DNA from: Dehalococcoidia bacterium
GTDB taxonomy: Bacteria > Chloroflexota > Dehalococcoidia > Lucifugimonadales > UBA3495
Length of the DNA: 64,000 nucleotides
NCBI GenBank assembly: GCA_965203195.1
Contig: OZ241860.1
Location: forward strand, 24,433 to 88,432
Reading direction: 5' to 3'
This document shows positions 34,385 through 43,431 of this stretch, one piece after another; position 1 is the first letter of the stretch, and every line of letters starts with the position of its first letter. Both the position numbers and the translations under genes were made by a program. The notes beneath the pieces are model-generated. The model worked only from the letters and a program-made list of their open reading frames with translations, was not told the origin of the DNA and made no database searches.

Positions 34385-36103
34385 ATGCCCCAGGCCAGCG
34401 AACTCATCGTCCAATTCCTCCACGAAGCCGGCATTGACGCCGTCTTCGGCATCCCCGGCGGCGGCACCGGCCAGATCTTTACCCACCTGGCCGGCAAGGA
34501 ACCCGCCATCAACACCTATCTCGCCCGCCACGAACAGACCGCCGCCATAATGGCCGACGCCTACGCCCGCGCCGCCGGCAAGCCCGCCGTCATTATGGGG
34601 CAGGGCCTCTTTATGGGTTCCAACGCCGCCTTCGGCATTATGGAAGCCATGCTCTCCAGCAGCCCCATGCTGGTGCTTACCGACACCTCCGACGGCGGCG
34701 TGGGCCAGCATCCCGCCAACCAGTCCGGCGCCGGCGAGTACGGCAGCATCGACCTGCACAACATCTTTCGGTCAATGACCAAGTACACTACCCTGGCCAC
34801 CTCCCCCAAGGAGGCCGCCCTCGGCGCCCAGCTGGCCATCAAGCATTCGCTCAGCGGACGCCCCGGCCCCGCCTGCCTGCTGATGCGCACCGCCGCCATC
34901 GGGGGCGAGGTCGACCTGGAAACGCCGCCCTTTATTCACGACACCGCCGGCTACCTGAACACCGCCAAACCCCAGGCCGCGCCCCAGGACATTGAGCGCG
35001 CCGTTGCGATACTGGCGCAATCGCAGCGCCCCGTTATCGTGGCCGGCAATGGCGTCCATATGGCCCGCGCCCACGACGCCTTGCAGCGGCTGGCCGAGCA
35101 GTGGCAAGCCCCCGTCGCCACCAGCTACAAGGGCAAGTCGGCCATCGCCGAAACCCATCCCCTGTCCGTCGGCATGGTCGGCATCTACGGCCAGGAAGCC
35201 GCCAACCGCGCCGTCGGCGACGCCGATACCGTGGTCATCGTCGGCGCCAAGCTCAGCCCCCAGGACACCGTGCGGGAACGCCCCAATGTATTCAACCCTC
35301 GCGGTCAGCGCATCATCCAGATTGATATTGACGACCGCAACGCCGGCTGGACTTTCCCCGTAGAACTCGGCCTCATTGGCGACGCCGGCAGCATCCTCAA
35401 CCAGCTGGTCCACGCCTCCGCAGACGCCGCGGCATCCACTGCCGGCAGCCGGAGCGAATGGGCCGCCGCCCTGCCCGGCCGCAAGCGCGCGCAGGGTTTC
35501 TATGCGGACGCCGGCTGCGACACCGACTCGGCGCCGGCTTTGCCCCAGCGCGTCGTCCGCCTGTTGCAGGAAACGATGCCCGCCGACACCGTGTACGCCC
35601 TGGACGCCGGCAACAACCGCACCTGGATGGCGCACCTGTACCAGGCGCAGCAGGCCCACACCTTCTTTTGTCCCGGCGGCACGGCGGGAATGGGCTGGGG
35701 GCTGCCGGCCGCCGTTGGCCTGCAAATCGCCTGCCCCGGCCGGCCGGTGGTCTGCGTCACCGGCGACGGCGGCTATATGATGACCGTCAACGCCCTCTCC
35801 ACCGCGATGCAGTACAACCTGCCCATCATCTGCGTGGTATTCAACGACGGCGCCCTGGGAATGGTGCGCCACCACCAGGCTCCCGGCCAGTACATCGCCT
35901 CCGAATTCGCCGAAACCGACAACGCCGCCGTCGCCCGCGGCTTCGGCTGCTTCGGCGTCCAGGTTGCCGACTCCCGCGACCTGCCCGACGCCCTCCGCCA
36001 GGCCCGCGCCTCCGGCCGGCCCGCCGTAGTGGACGTCCTGATCGACCGCGGCCCCAGCCCCGACGACTGGCGCGCCGATTTGCGGACCGCCGGCGAAACC
36101 TGA
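34385..36103 (+). CDS. Thiamine pyrophosphate-dependent enzyme (acetolactate synthase-like)
   Basis: FGIPGG, ARHEQ and GDGGYMM...FND motifs. Confidence 0.9.
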   Translation: MPQASELIVQFLHEAGIDAVFGIPGGGTGQIFTHLAGKEPAINTYLARHEQTAAIMADAYARAAGKPAVIMGQGLFMGSNAAFGIMEAMLSSSPMLVLTDTSDGGVGQHPANQSGAGEYGSIDLHNIFRSMTKYTTLATSPKEAALGAQLAIKHSLSGRPGPACLLMRTAAIGGEVDLETPPFIHDTAGYLNTAKPQAAPQDIERAVAILAQSQRPVIVAGNGVHMARAHDALQRLAEQWQAPVATSYKGKSAIAETHPLSVGMVGIYGQEAANRAVGDADTVVIVGAKLSPQDTVRERPNVFNPRGQRIIQIDIDDRNAGWTFPVELGLIGDAGSILNQLVHASADAAASTAGSRSEWAAALPGRKRAQGFYADAGCDTDSAPALPQRVVRLLQETMPADTVYALDAGNNRTWMAHLYQAQQAHTFFCPGGTAGMGWGLPAAVGLQIACPGRPVVCVTGDGGYMMTVNALSTAMQYNLPIICVVFNDGALGMVRHHQAPGQYIASEFAETDNAAVARGFGCFGVQVADSRDLPDALRQARASGRPAVVDVLIDRGPSPDDWRADLRTAGET

Positions 36104-36149
36104 TGCGCTATAATGGACGGGCAGCCAACCCGTCGCTCAGGAGGTTGAT

Positions 36150-36482
36150 ATGCTTGAGCTGAAACACCCCACAGCCGATTTTCCGCTGGCCAGGGTAGTG
36201 ACCGGCCAGGAGCAAGAGGATTTGATTGCCAGCATGGGCGGCAGCGAAGCCGTCCGCGCGAGCATCCGCTGGTACGGTGAGCGCTGCGACCTGTTCGACA
36301 GCCGGCGCGACGAACTCACCGCCCAATACCCCGACCAGTTCGTCGCCATGGCTGCGGACGACACCATCATAGCGTCCGAAACTTTCCACGGCCTTTTCGC
36401 CGAAATCGACCGGCTTGGCCTATCCCGGGGCGACTGCGTAGGGGAGTTTCTCAGCTCGGAACCCGACCTGTGGCTTTTGTGA
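36150..36482 (+). CDS. DUF5678-like small protein, copy 1
   Basis: ELTAQYPDQFVAM...IIAS pattern; own TATAAT and AGGAGG. Confidence 0.65.
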   Translation: MLELKHPTADFPLARVVTGQEQEDLIASMGGSEAVRASIRWYGERCDLFDSRRDELTAQYPDQFVAMAADDTIIASETFHGLFAEIDRLGLSRGDCVGEFLSSEPDLWLL

Positions 36483-36543
36483 TTGTCGGCAGCCCCGATG
36501 CGCTATCATAAACTGGCCGCCAGCCGCCAAACAGGAGGTTCCT

Positions 36544-36852
36544 ATGTACCCGCCGCTGTCCCCCGAAGCTTATGAGCAGAGAATTGAGGAGATGATCGCC
36601 GAATTGGGCGGCTCCGACGCCATCGCCGAGGGCATCCGCTGGTACGGGGAGCGCTGCGACCTGTTCGACAGCCGGCGCGACGAACTCACCGCCCAATACC
36701 CCGACCAGTTCGTCGCGATGGCCGCCGACGATACCATCATCGCATCGAAAACGCTGGACGGGCTTTTCGATGAAATCGACCGGCGCGGCATCGAGCGAGA
36801 ACCCTGCGTCGTGGAGTACCTCAGCTCCAAACCGGAAGTGTGGATCCTATGA
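36544..36852 (+). CDS. DUF5678-like small protein, copy 2
   Basis: Shares IRWYGERCDLFDSRRDELTAQYPDQFVAMAADDTIIAS with copy 1; stop overlaps the protease start (ATGA). Confidence 0.65.
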   Translation: MYPPLSPEAYEQRIEEMIAELGGSDAIAEGIRWYGERCDLFDSRRDELTAQYPDQFVAMAADDTIIASKTLDGLFDEIDRRGIEREPCVVEYLSSKPEVWIL

Positions 36853-37274
36853 TCGTCGGCAGATTTGACGATTGGGGCCGCCCCATCCTGCGTGCCCGTC
36901 TGCTAATCCTCCGTCTTGGCATTAGCGGGTGGGTCAACTTTCTGGTCGACACCGGCGCCAGCCAAACCTGCTTGCATCCCCACGCCGGCCAGCGCATCCA
37001 AATCCCCTTTGACGAACTGCACAACCCGCACTCTACCATCGGCATTGGCGGTAGCCAACCGTACTATCAGGAACCTGCCGCAGTCATACTCACCGATAGC
37101 GACGGCGAGTGCCGATTCCACATCACCTTGTCTATCGCCAGGCCGCAACTCCCTAACTCTTCAGACCCCGACCCAATCATCAACCGCATCCCCTCCCTCC
37201 TCGGCCGCGACGTCCTCAACCGCCTCCGCATTGATTACGACTACCCCGCCGCCCGCCTCCGCTTCTTTCCGTAA
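36849..37274 (+). CDS. Retropepsin-like (clan AA) aspartic protease
   Basis: FLVDTGAS and SLLGRDVL motifs. Confidence 0.85.
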   Translation: MIVGRFDDWGRPILRARLLILRLGISGWVNFLVDTGASQTCLHPHAGQRIQIPFDELHNPHSTIGIGGSQPYYQEPAAVILTDSDGECRFHITLSIARPQLPNSSDPDPIINRIPSLLGRDVLNRLRIDYDYPAARLRFFP

Positions 37275-37334
37275 CGGCGCACCGGCAACAGCCCGGCAAC
37301 CACCGCCAATTGTCCACCACCGCGAGGCCGCACG

Positions 37335-38723
37335 ATGGCAGACCAGAACTTCCCCGACAACATCCTCTACGAAATGGACAACCTGGCCGTCCTGCGCGGA
37401 ATGAACAGCGCAACCGTGGACCTCATCGCCACCGACCCGCCGTTCAACACCAAACGCAACCGCGCCGGCACCGCCGGCTTCTATGTGGACAACTGGCGCT
37501 GGGGCGACACCGGCATCCTCCCCGACCAGTGGCGGTGGAACGAAGTCCACCCCGTCTGGCTGGAACAAATCAGGGACGAAAACCAGGCCCTCTTTGAGGT
37601 CATTGAAACCACCGCCCACTCCCACGGCGACGACATCGCCGCCTTCCTCTGCTTCCTCTCCGTGCGCCTGCTGGAGATGCGTAGGGTACTGAAGCCGACG
37701 GGCAGCATCTATCTGCACTGCGACCATGCCGCTAACGGCTACATTCGTATGGCAATGGACGCCATATTTGGGGCGAAAAATTTCCAAAATGAAATGGTGT
37801 GGTATTACAGCGGCGGCGGAGCGTCAAAAAAGCGTTGGGCCCGCAAGCATGACACGCTGTTTTTCTATTCCAAGTCCAACGAATGGACTTTCAACGTCGA
37901 CGATGTCCGCACTCCGCATAAATGGGTACACGGACAAAAAAGGGCCGACGGGTCTGAACGAAACTACGACAAAGGCAAACTCCCGGATGACGTGTTTGCA
38001 ATCAACGGGATAATGCCATGGTCTAAAGAACGCACCGGCTCCCCTGACCAGAAGCCCCTGGCCCTGTACGAGCGCATCATCCTGGCCAGCAGCAACGAAG
38101 GCGACCTGGTGCTTGACCCATTCGCCGGCTGCGCCACTACCATCATCGCCGCCCGCCGGCACAACCGCCGCTGGGTTGGCATCGACCGCCGCAAGGACGC
38201 CCGCTACCACATCGTCTGCCGGATGGCCGCAATCCCCGCCGCCGAGCGCGCCAAACTGGAGCAGCGCCCCGACCTGGCCGACTGGCTCAACTCCCAGCTG
38301 GCGCAATACGAAGCCCACTTCAGTACCGACGCCCCGGTACGCACCGACGCCGGCGAAACCGCCGCCCCCGCGCTCCCCGGCGTCTATATCGCCGATGAGC
38401 GTTCCAAACTGCGCCATTCCGAAATGCACGCCATCCTCTGGCAACAGTTCGGCAGCCAATGCTGGGCCTGCGATTTCGTCGCCCCCTGGCCGGAATACCT
38501 GGAGCTGGACCACGTCAACCCCAAATCCGACGGCGGCTCCAACCACCTGGACAACCGCGCCCTCCTCTGCCGCCCCTGCAACGGCAAAAAAGGCAACCGC
38601 AAAACCTTGAGCGCCCTCCGCCGCGACAACCGCAAAGACGGCCGCCTGACGGGCGATGACCCCGTGAACCTGCGCCAGGCCGCCGCCTGGGCCAGGAATG
38701 AACTGGTTCGCCTCGGCGCCTAG
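37335..38723 (+). CDS. Beta-class N6/N4 DNA methyltransferase fused to a C-terminal HNH endonuclease
   Basis: DPPF, LKPTGSIYLHCD, QKPLAL and DPFAGCATT; then CWAC...DHVNP...GG..HLDN...LC..CN..K. Confidence 0.88.
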   Translation: MADQNFPDNILYEMDNLAVLRGMNSATVDLIATDPPFNTKRNRAGTAGFYVDNWRWGDTGILPDQWRWNEVHPVWLEQIRDENQALFEVIETTAHSHGDDIAAFLCFLSVRLLEMRRVLKPTGSIYLHCDHAANGYIRMAMDAIFGAKNFQNEMVWYYSGGGASKKRWARKHDTLFFYSKSNEWTFNVDDVRTPHKWVHGQKRADGSERNYDKGKLPDDVFAINGIMPWSKERTGSPDQKPLALYERIILASSNEGDLVLDPFAGCATTIIAARRHNRRWVGIDRRKDARYHIVCRMAAIPAAERAKLEQRPDLADWLNSQLAQYEAHFSTDAPVRTDAGETAAPALPGVYIADERSKLRHSEMHAILWQQFGSQCWACDFVAPWPEYLELDHVNPKSDGGSNHLDNRALLCRPCNGKKGNRKTLSALRRDNRKDGRLTGDDPVNLRQAAAWARNELVRLGA

Positions 38724-38858
38724 CAATCCGCGCGACGGCATTTGCCGATGCCGTATAATGGCGCTACCATCCTGTGCTACGATGTCTCTCAAAGGTGAAC
38801 TGCTGGCTGCTCTGCACGGCGTGCTGCCGGCGGCGTTAAGATTTTTACGGCGCTGGCC

Positions 38859-39071
38859 ATGGCGGCAATTATGGTAGGCTCCGGCATCTTGCTGGATCTG
38901 CTTATCGGCCTTGCAGTTGGCTACGACACGCTGACGTACCAAATCGTAGGGTTCGTTCTGGATACAACGATGGTAATCTGCGCCTTGGTGTGGGCCGTCA
39001 CCGGCGCCATCGTAGCGACCTGGGAAGCCGTAATCTCCGCCATAACCTTCGTGAGGCGCACCAGGGAGTAG
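38859..39071 (+). CDS. Small 2-TM membrane protein (start uncertain)
   Basis: 70 aa, two hydrophobic stretches, ends 3 nt before the next ATG. Confidence 0.5.
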   Translation: MAAIMVGSGILLDLLIGLAVGYDTLTYQIVGFVLDTTMVICALVWAVTGAIVATWEAVISAITFVRRTRE

Positions 39072-39074
39072 ATT

Positions 39075-39758
39075 ATGTTCACCCGATTGGCGCCCCTTGC
39101 CCGAAAGGCGTTTCCTATCGAATTTCGCCTGGTTGCTGTCGCCGTCGCAACCGGGTTGCTCTCTGGCGCGTTCTACTTGGACGAGTCGCAAGATCTGGCC
39201 ACGGCCGTCGGGATAGTTGCCGGCGTTTCCTGCGCCATAGGCAGCTGGCTGGGTATCCACCTGTATCTGGCCGCCGCCCGCCTTTTTATTTCCTGGATTG
39301 ACGCCATCAGAAAGCAGGCTACCGACCTTGAACCACGGCCGATTCCGGCGGAACGCCCCGGCAATGCCGCCGGCCGCCACAATCAGCGCCGTTCTTTGGT
39401 GATGCTCATCGTCCTGATCAGCGTCTATGCCACCCCGATTTGCCTTGCAGTGTCCACGACCGGCGCCATAGGCACAATCCTGTCCACGCAGCTGGGCTCC
39501 TCTTTCGTGGCCGCGCTGCTTCCGGCAACGCTATCCGGTCTGGGTGCGCTGGTTCTGGTCGTTGCCGTCCAGTCCTGCTACCTTTGGCGGGTACAAAGGC
39601 GGGTAGCGTCATTCCAGCGCTACCTGACCCGGGTTCAGCCGGTTTTGCCGGATCCGCTGCCGGCCGAAGTTTTGGACAGCAACATCAGCAGCGCCGAGCG
39701 GATTGTCCGCCGGCTAACCGGCATAAGCCAGCCGGCAGCAGGGCAGACCACGCCATAG
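39075..39758 (+). CDS. Hypothetical 4-TM membrane protein
   Basis: Four hydrophobic segments; no family motif recognised. Confidence 0.6.
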   Translation: MFTRLAPLARKAFPIEFRLVAVAVATGLLSGAFYLDESQDLATAVGIVAGVSCAIGSWLGIHLYLAAARLFISWIDAIRKQATDLEPRPIPAERPGNAAGRHNQRRSLVMLIVLISVYATPICLAVSTTGAIGTILSTQLGSSFVAALLPATLSGLGALVLVVAVQSCYLWRVQRRVASFQRYLTRVQPVLPDPLPAEVLDSNISSAERIVRRLTGISQPAAGQTTP

Positions 39759-39898
39759 CGCAGTGGGACAACCGCAGGAACGGGCGGCTCGGGTGATGCC
39801 CCCATCCCGGTTGCGCCTGTACAAAATCGCCGTCAGCGGGTAGATTACCCGCATCAATTCCAGTGTACGCCGCAAAGTCGTCTGCGCGATCCTGCGTT

Positions 39899-40288
39899 AT
39901 GAAAACCGATGCGATCCGCTACTCCGAAACCCTGGACTACTGCGACGGCATTCAGCTGTTCGCCGCCTACGACCCGGCCGGCCGCCTGCATATCGCCGTC
40001 CTTGTGGCAACCGGCGCTGCGTCCGACCGGTATCTCGTCGCCCCTTGCGCTATGCCCCGGCTGCGTCGCTTTCAATCCGGGGCCATTGACCTCAAAACCC
40101 TGCTGCGGCAGTCCGCAAAGGCGGGCTGGCATCTCGCCGATGTAACCGATTTCGGCAAACCGATTGCCCTGCGCCGGCGCCGGACCACTCCCGTACCCGA
40201 CGATTTCCTGCCCGCCGCCGGGTTCTACCTTGCCGATACGCCGCCGACCTTACGCCGGACCGCCCCCGCCGCCTACCCTGGAGACTGA
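39899..40288 (+). CDS. Hypothetical protein (DUF6575-like from memory)
   Basis: ETLDYCDGIQLF, DRYL, RL..F.SG.IDL and LP..GFYL pattern. Confidence 0.5.
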   Translation: MKTDAIRYSETLDYCDGIQLFAAYDPAGRLHIAVLVATGAASDRYLVAPCAMPRLRRFQSGAIDLKTLLRQSAKAGWHLADVTDFGKPIALRRRRTTPVPDDFLPAAGFYLADTPPTLRRTAPAAYPGD

Positions 40289-40290
40289 CG

Positions 40291-42414
40291 ATGACCTTCT
40301 GGACCGACCAGCAGCTGGCATCCATCCACCGGATGCTCAACCCCCGTTCCATCGCCGTCGTCGGCGCCACCCCCCGGATGCAATACGGCGGCCGCTTCCT
40401 CGCCGCTGCCCTGCAAGCCGCCGGCCGCGTCAATGTCTATCCCGTCAACCCCCGCTACGAGGAAATCCAGGGCATCCCCTGCTACCCCTCGGTCAGCGCT
40501 CTGCCCGAAGCCCCCGACGTAGTAGGCATAGTCGTCCCCTACCACGCCGTGCTGGACACCCTGCGGGAAAGCCACGCCAAAGGCGCCAAATCCGCCATCG
40601 TCATCTCCGCCGGCTTCGCCGAGCGCGGCCTGGACGACCGCCGCGAACTGCAAGCCGACCTGGGCCGGTTCGCCCGGGAATCGGGTCTGCGCGTCAGCGG
40701 CCCCAACTGCCTCGGCCTCGCCAACCTCAAGGACGACATCTGGGCCAGCGCCTCCTCCCGGGGCGCCGCCGGCTTGACCGGCCCCATCGGCCTGGTCTGC
40801 CAGAGCGGCGCCTCCGCTTTCGGCCCCTTCCTCACCCGCGCCGTGGACGAGGGCATCGGCTTTACCTACATCGTCTCCACCGGCAACGAAGCCGACCTGG
40901 ACTTCTGCGACTTCGCCCGCTACCTGCTGGACGACGATGCCACCCGCGTCATCGCCGGCTTCGTTGAAGGTTTCAAGGACGGACGCAAGTTTCTGGAAGT
41001 GGCCCGGCTGGCGGCGGAACGCGGCAAGCCCATCGTGCTCATCAAAATCGGCCGCTCCGAACTGGGCTCCCGCGCCGCCGGCTCCCACACCGCCGCCCTC
41101 ACCGGCATTGACGCCGTGTATGACGCCGCCTTCGCCCAGTACGGCGTCATCCGGGTGCAGGATTATGACGACCTGCTCCAGGTCTCCAACCTGCTGGCCC
41201 GCTGCCCCCGGCCCCCGCGCCGGGGCGTGGCCGTGGTCTCCCATTCCGGTGGCATCAGCAGCCTGACCGCCGATATGTTCGGGCAGGCCGGCCTGGACCT
41301 GCCGCCCCTTTCCGACCACGCCCGCGACGGCATCAACAACATCCTCAAAGGCTTCGGCTGGGCCGCCAACCCCTCCGATGTCACCGGCTTCGCCAACAGC
41401 GCCGACTTCCCCGCCATTATGTCCTGTATGGCCGGCGACGAAAACGTGGGCGCCCTGGTGGTAGCCTCCGCCGGCGCCGACGCCCAGGCCGCGCAGGTCA
41501 TCGCCCAGCGCAACGCCAGCGACAAACCCGTGGCCTTCCTCTGGACGGGCTCCCGCGGCGCCCAGTCCGGTCTGCCCACGCTCCGGCAGGCCGGCGTCCC
41601 CGTTTTCTATGTGCCCGACAAACTGGCCGCCGGCGTACGCCATCTCAACGATTACCACGACTGGCGGGAACGCCGGCTGGCGCGCGGCTTCGCCGCTGCG
41701 CCCGCAATGACCGCCGCCCAGCGGGATGCCGCCGCTGCTCTGCCCGGTTCCGGCGCACTCTCCGAATACGACAGCAAGGCGCTGCTGGCCGCCTTTGGCG
41801 TGCCTGCCACGCAGGACGCCCTGGCCGCCGATGCCGATGCCGCCGTCGCCGCCGCCGACCGCATCGGCTATCCGGTGGCGCTGAAAGTCAATTCGGCGGA
41901 CATCCTGCACAAGACCGAAGCCGGCGCTATCCGGCTGAACCTGGCCGACGCCGCCCAGGTAAGCGCCGCCTTTGCCGACATCACCGCCGCCGCCCGCCGC
42001 TATGACCCTGACGCCCGCATTGACGGCGTGACAGTGCAGGAGATGGTAGCTGGCGGCGTGGAAACCATCGTCGGCGTTTCCTACGACGCCCAGCTCGGCC
42101 CCGTCCTGCTGTTCGGCGCCGGCGGCGTAACGGTGGAAGTGTACAACGACGTGACCCTGCGCCTCTGCCCTATCACGCGGGCCGACGCCCTGGAAATGAT
42201 TGACGAAGTGAAAGGCGCCCGCCTGCTGCGCGGCTTCCGCGGCGCGCCGCCCGCCGACATTGACGCCCTGGCCGATGCGCTGGCGCTGGTATCCCAAATG
42301 GCCGTCCAACTGGAAGGTTCCCTCTCCGAGCTGGACATCAACCCGCTGCTGGCGCTGCCCGCCGGCCGGGGCGTCAAGGCCGTTGACGCCTTGGCTATCA
42401 TCCGCAGTGCCTGA
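40291..42414 (+). CDS. ADP-forming acyl/acetate-CoA ligase (fused alpha/beta)
   Basis: PRSIAVVGA, GPNCLG, QSG, STGNEAD, SHTAAL and HKTEAG motifs; C-terminal ATP-grasp with ELDINP. Confidence 0.93.
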   Translation: MTFWTDQQLASIHRMLNPRSIAVVGATPRMQYGGRFLAAALQAAGRVNVYPVNPRYEEIQGIPCYPSVSALPEAPDVVGIVVPYHAVLDTLRESHAKGAKSAIVISAGFAERGLDDRRELQADLGRFARESGLRVSGPNCLGLANLKDDIWASASSRGAAGLTGPIGLVCQSGASAFGPFLTRAVDEGIGFTYIVSTGNEADLDFCDFARYLLDDDATRVIAGFVEGFKDGRKFLEVARLAAERGKPIVLIKIGRSELGSRAAGSHTAALTGIDAVYDAAFAQYGVIRVQDYDDLLQVSNLLARCPRPPRRGVAVVSHSGGISSLTADMFGQAGLDLPPLSDHARDGINNILKGFGWAANPSDVTGFANSADFPAIMSCMAGDENVGALVVASAGADAQAAQVIAQRNASDKPVAFLWTGSRGAQSGLPTLRQAGVPVFYVPDKLAAGVRHLNDYHDWRERRLARGFAAAPAMTAAQRDAAAALPGSGALSEYDSKALLAAFGVPATQDALAADADAAVAAADRIGYPVALKVNSADILHKTEAGAIRLNLADAAQVSAAFADITAAARRYDPDARIDGVTVQEMVAGGVETIVGVSYDAQLGPVLLFGAGGVTVEVYNDVTLRLCPITRADALEMIDEVKGARLLRGFRGAPPADIDALADALALVSQMAVQLEGSLSELDINPLLALPAGRGVKAVDALAIIRSA

Positions 42415-42420
42415 AAAACG

Positions 42421-42454
42421 CGTGGGGGATACCGAAGTTTCAGTATCCCCCACG
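42421..42454. terminator. Hairpin between convergent genes
   Basis: CGTGGGGGATAC / GTATCCCCCACG perfect 12-bp stem. Confidence 0.75.
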
Positions 42455-42458
42455 CCAA

Positions 42459-42761
42459 TTAAGCCGTATCCTCATCCCCGCGCGCCCGTTCCGCAGCCTC
42501 CACCCGGTTAGCCAGCTGCAATGCGATTATAGCGGCGACCGTCGCCGTGGCGTAGGTAGCGATGTTGGAATCGGCGCGCAGCTTCCGGGCTACGCTTTTC
42601 AGGCACTGGTACACTTTGCCGTCCTCGCGCGCATACCAGCATTCGGTCGCCGATACCGCGTAAGGCGTTCCCAAGAAAAACCAAACTGCGACTCCTACAC
42701 AGAGCCATCTCGCCGCCCCGGTGGTCAATGCGCCAACGAGTGTCCGTAGTGAGCGCATCAT
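42459..42761 (-). CDS. Small 2-TM membrane protein with Cys-containing loop (100 aa)
   Basis: MMRSLRTLVG...; ATGA overlap with the upstream gene; similar to 2889-3218. Confidence 0.6.
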   Translation of the reverse strand: MMRSLRTLVGALTTGAARWLCVGVAVWFFLGTPYAVSATECWYAREDGKVYQCLKSVARKLRADSNIATYATATVAAIIALQLANRVEAAERARGDEDTA

Positions 42762-42943
42762 ATCAACCGTCCCGATTTCAGGCCGATAAAAATCCCGCTG
42801 GGTATTCCAACGGCATAGAATGACGGGATGGCAAGCGGGGCAAGCCACCCCAGGTACGGCACATAGGCGGCAGCGGCTCCGACCGCAAAAGCGAAGGCGG
42901 TTCCGCAAACCAGCCCGCCGATTATGGCAGCAAGGACGTACAT
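42758..42943 (-). CDS. 61-aa hydrophobic 2-TM peptide
   Basis: GGAGG SD; MYVLAAIIGGLVCGTAFAFAVG...; almost entirely hydrophobic. Confidence 0.62.
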   Translation of the reverse strand: MYVLAAIIGGLVCGTAFAFAVGAAAAYVPYLGWLAPLAIPSFYAVGIPSGIFIGLKSGRLI

Positions 42944-43014
42944 TTCCACCTCCGAAAATCCGGCTCCGCGTTGCGATACACGCTATTAGGGGACTTGCAT
43001 ATGGTAGCCCGCAG

Positions 43015-43431
43015 CTACCGCTCCTGCACCACCGCCCCCGACAGCTCCGTAACCCGGTACAGCCGCACCAGCGCCGCCGCTCCAGTCCGCTCCGGATCCC
43101 GCTCCAGCTCCCCCGCCACCGTGCGCGCCATCACATTATCCCGGATGGCCCCCGCCCGGTACAGCGTCGCCGTCCCGTGAAAACGTAGGTTAATGCGCTT
43201 TTCGGGGTTGCGGTAAAACAGCACGACCCTGGGATTGGCCTCTATATTGGCCGCCGAGGAACGCCAGGCCCGTTCCCAGTAGGCCAGCGTTTCCCGGTCA
43301 AAAACCAGCACGCTGCCCTTCATGCTGATTTGCGGCTCGCCCTCGCCCGACACCGTGCCGATGGACATCGGGCAGCGGTCGTCCAGCGCATTGTCAATCA
43401 ACCGCCGCAGGTCATCATCAATGTAAATCAT
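43015..43431 (-). CDS. Pyridoxamine 5'-phosphate oxidase-like split-barrel protein
   Basis: GTVSGEGEPQISMKGS, LAYWER, NIEANP and LRFHG motifs. Confidence 0.8.
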   Translation of the reverse strand: MIYIDDDLRRLIDNALDDRCPMSIGTVSGEGEPQISMKGSVLVFDRETLAYWERAWRSSAANIEANPRVVLFYRNPEKRINLRFHGTATLYRAGAIRDNVMARTVAGELERDPERTGAAALVRLYRVTELSGAVVQER

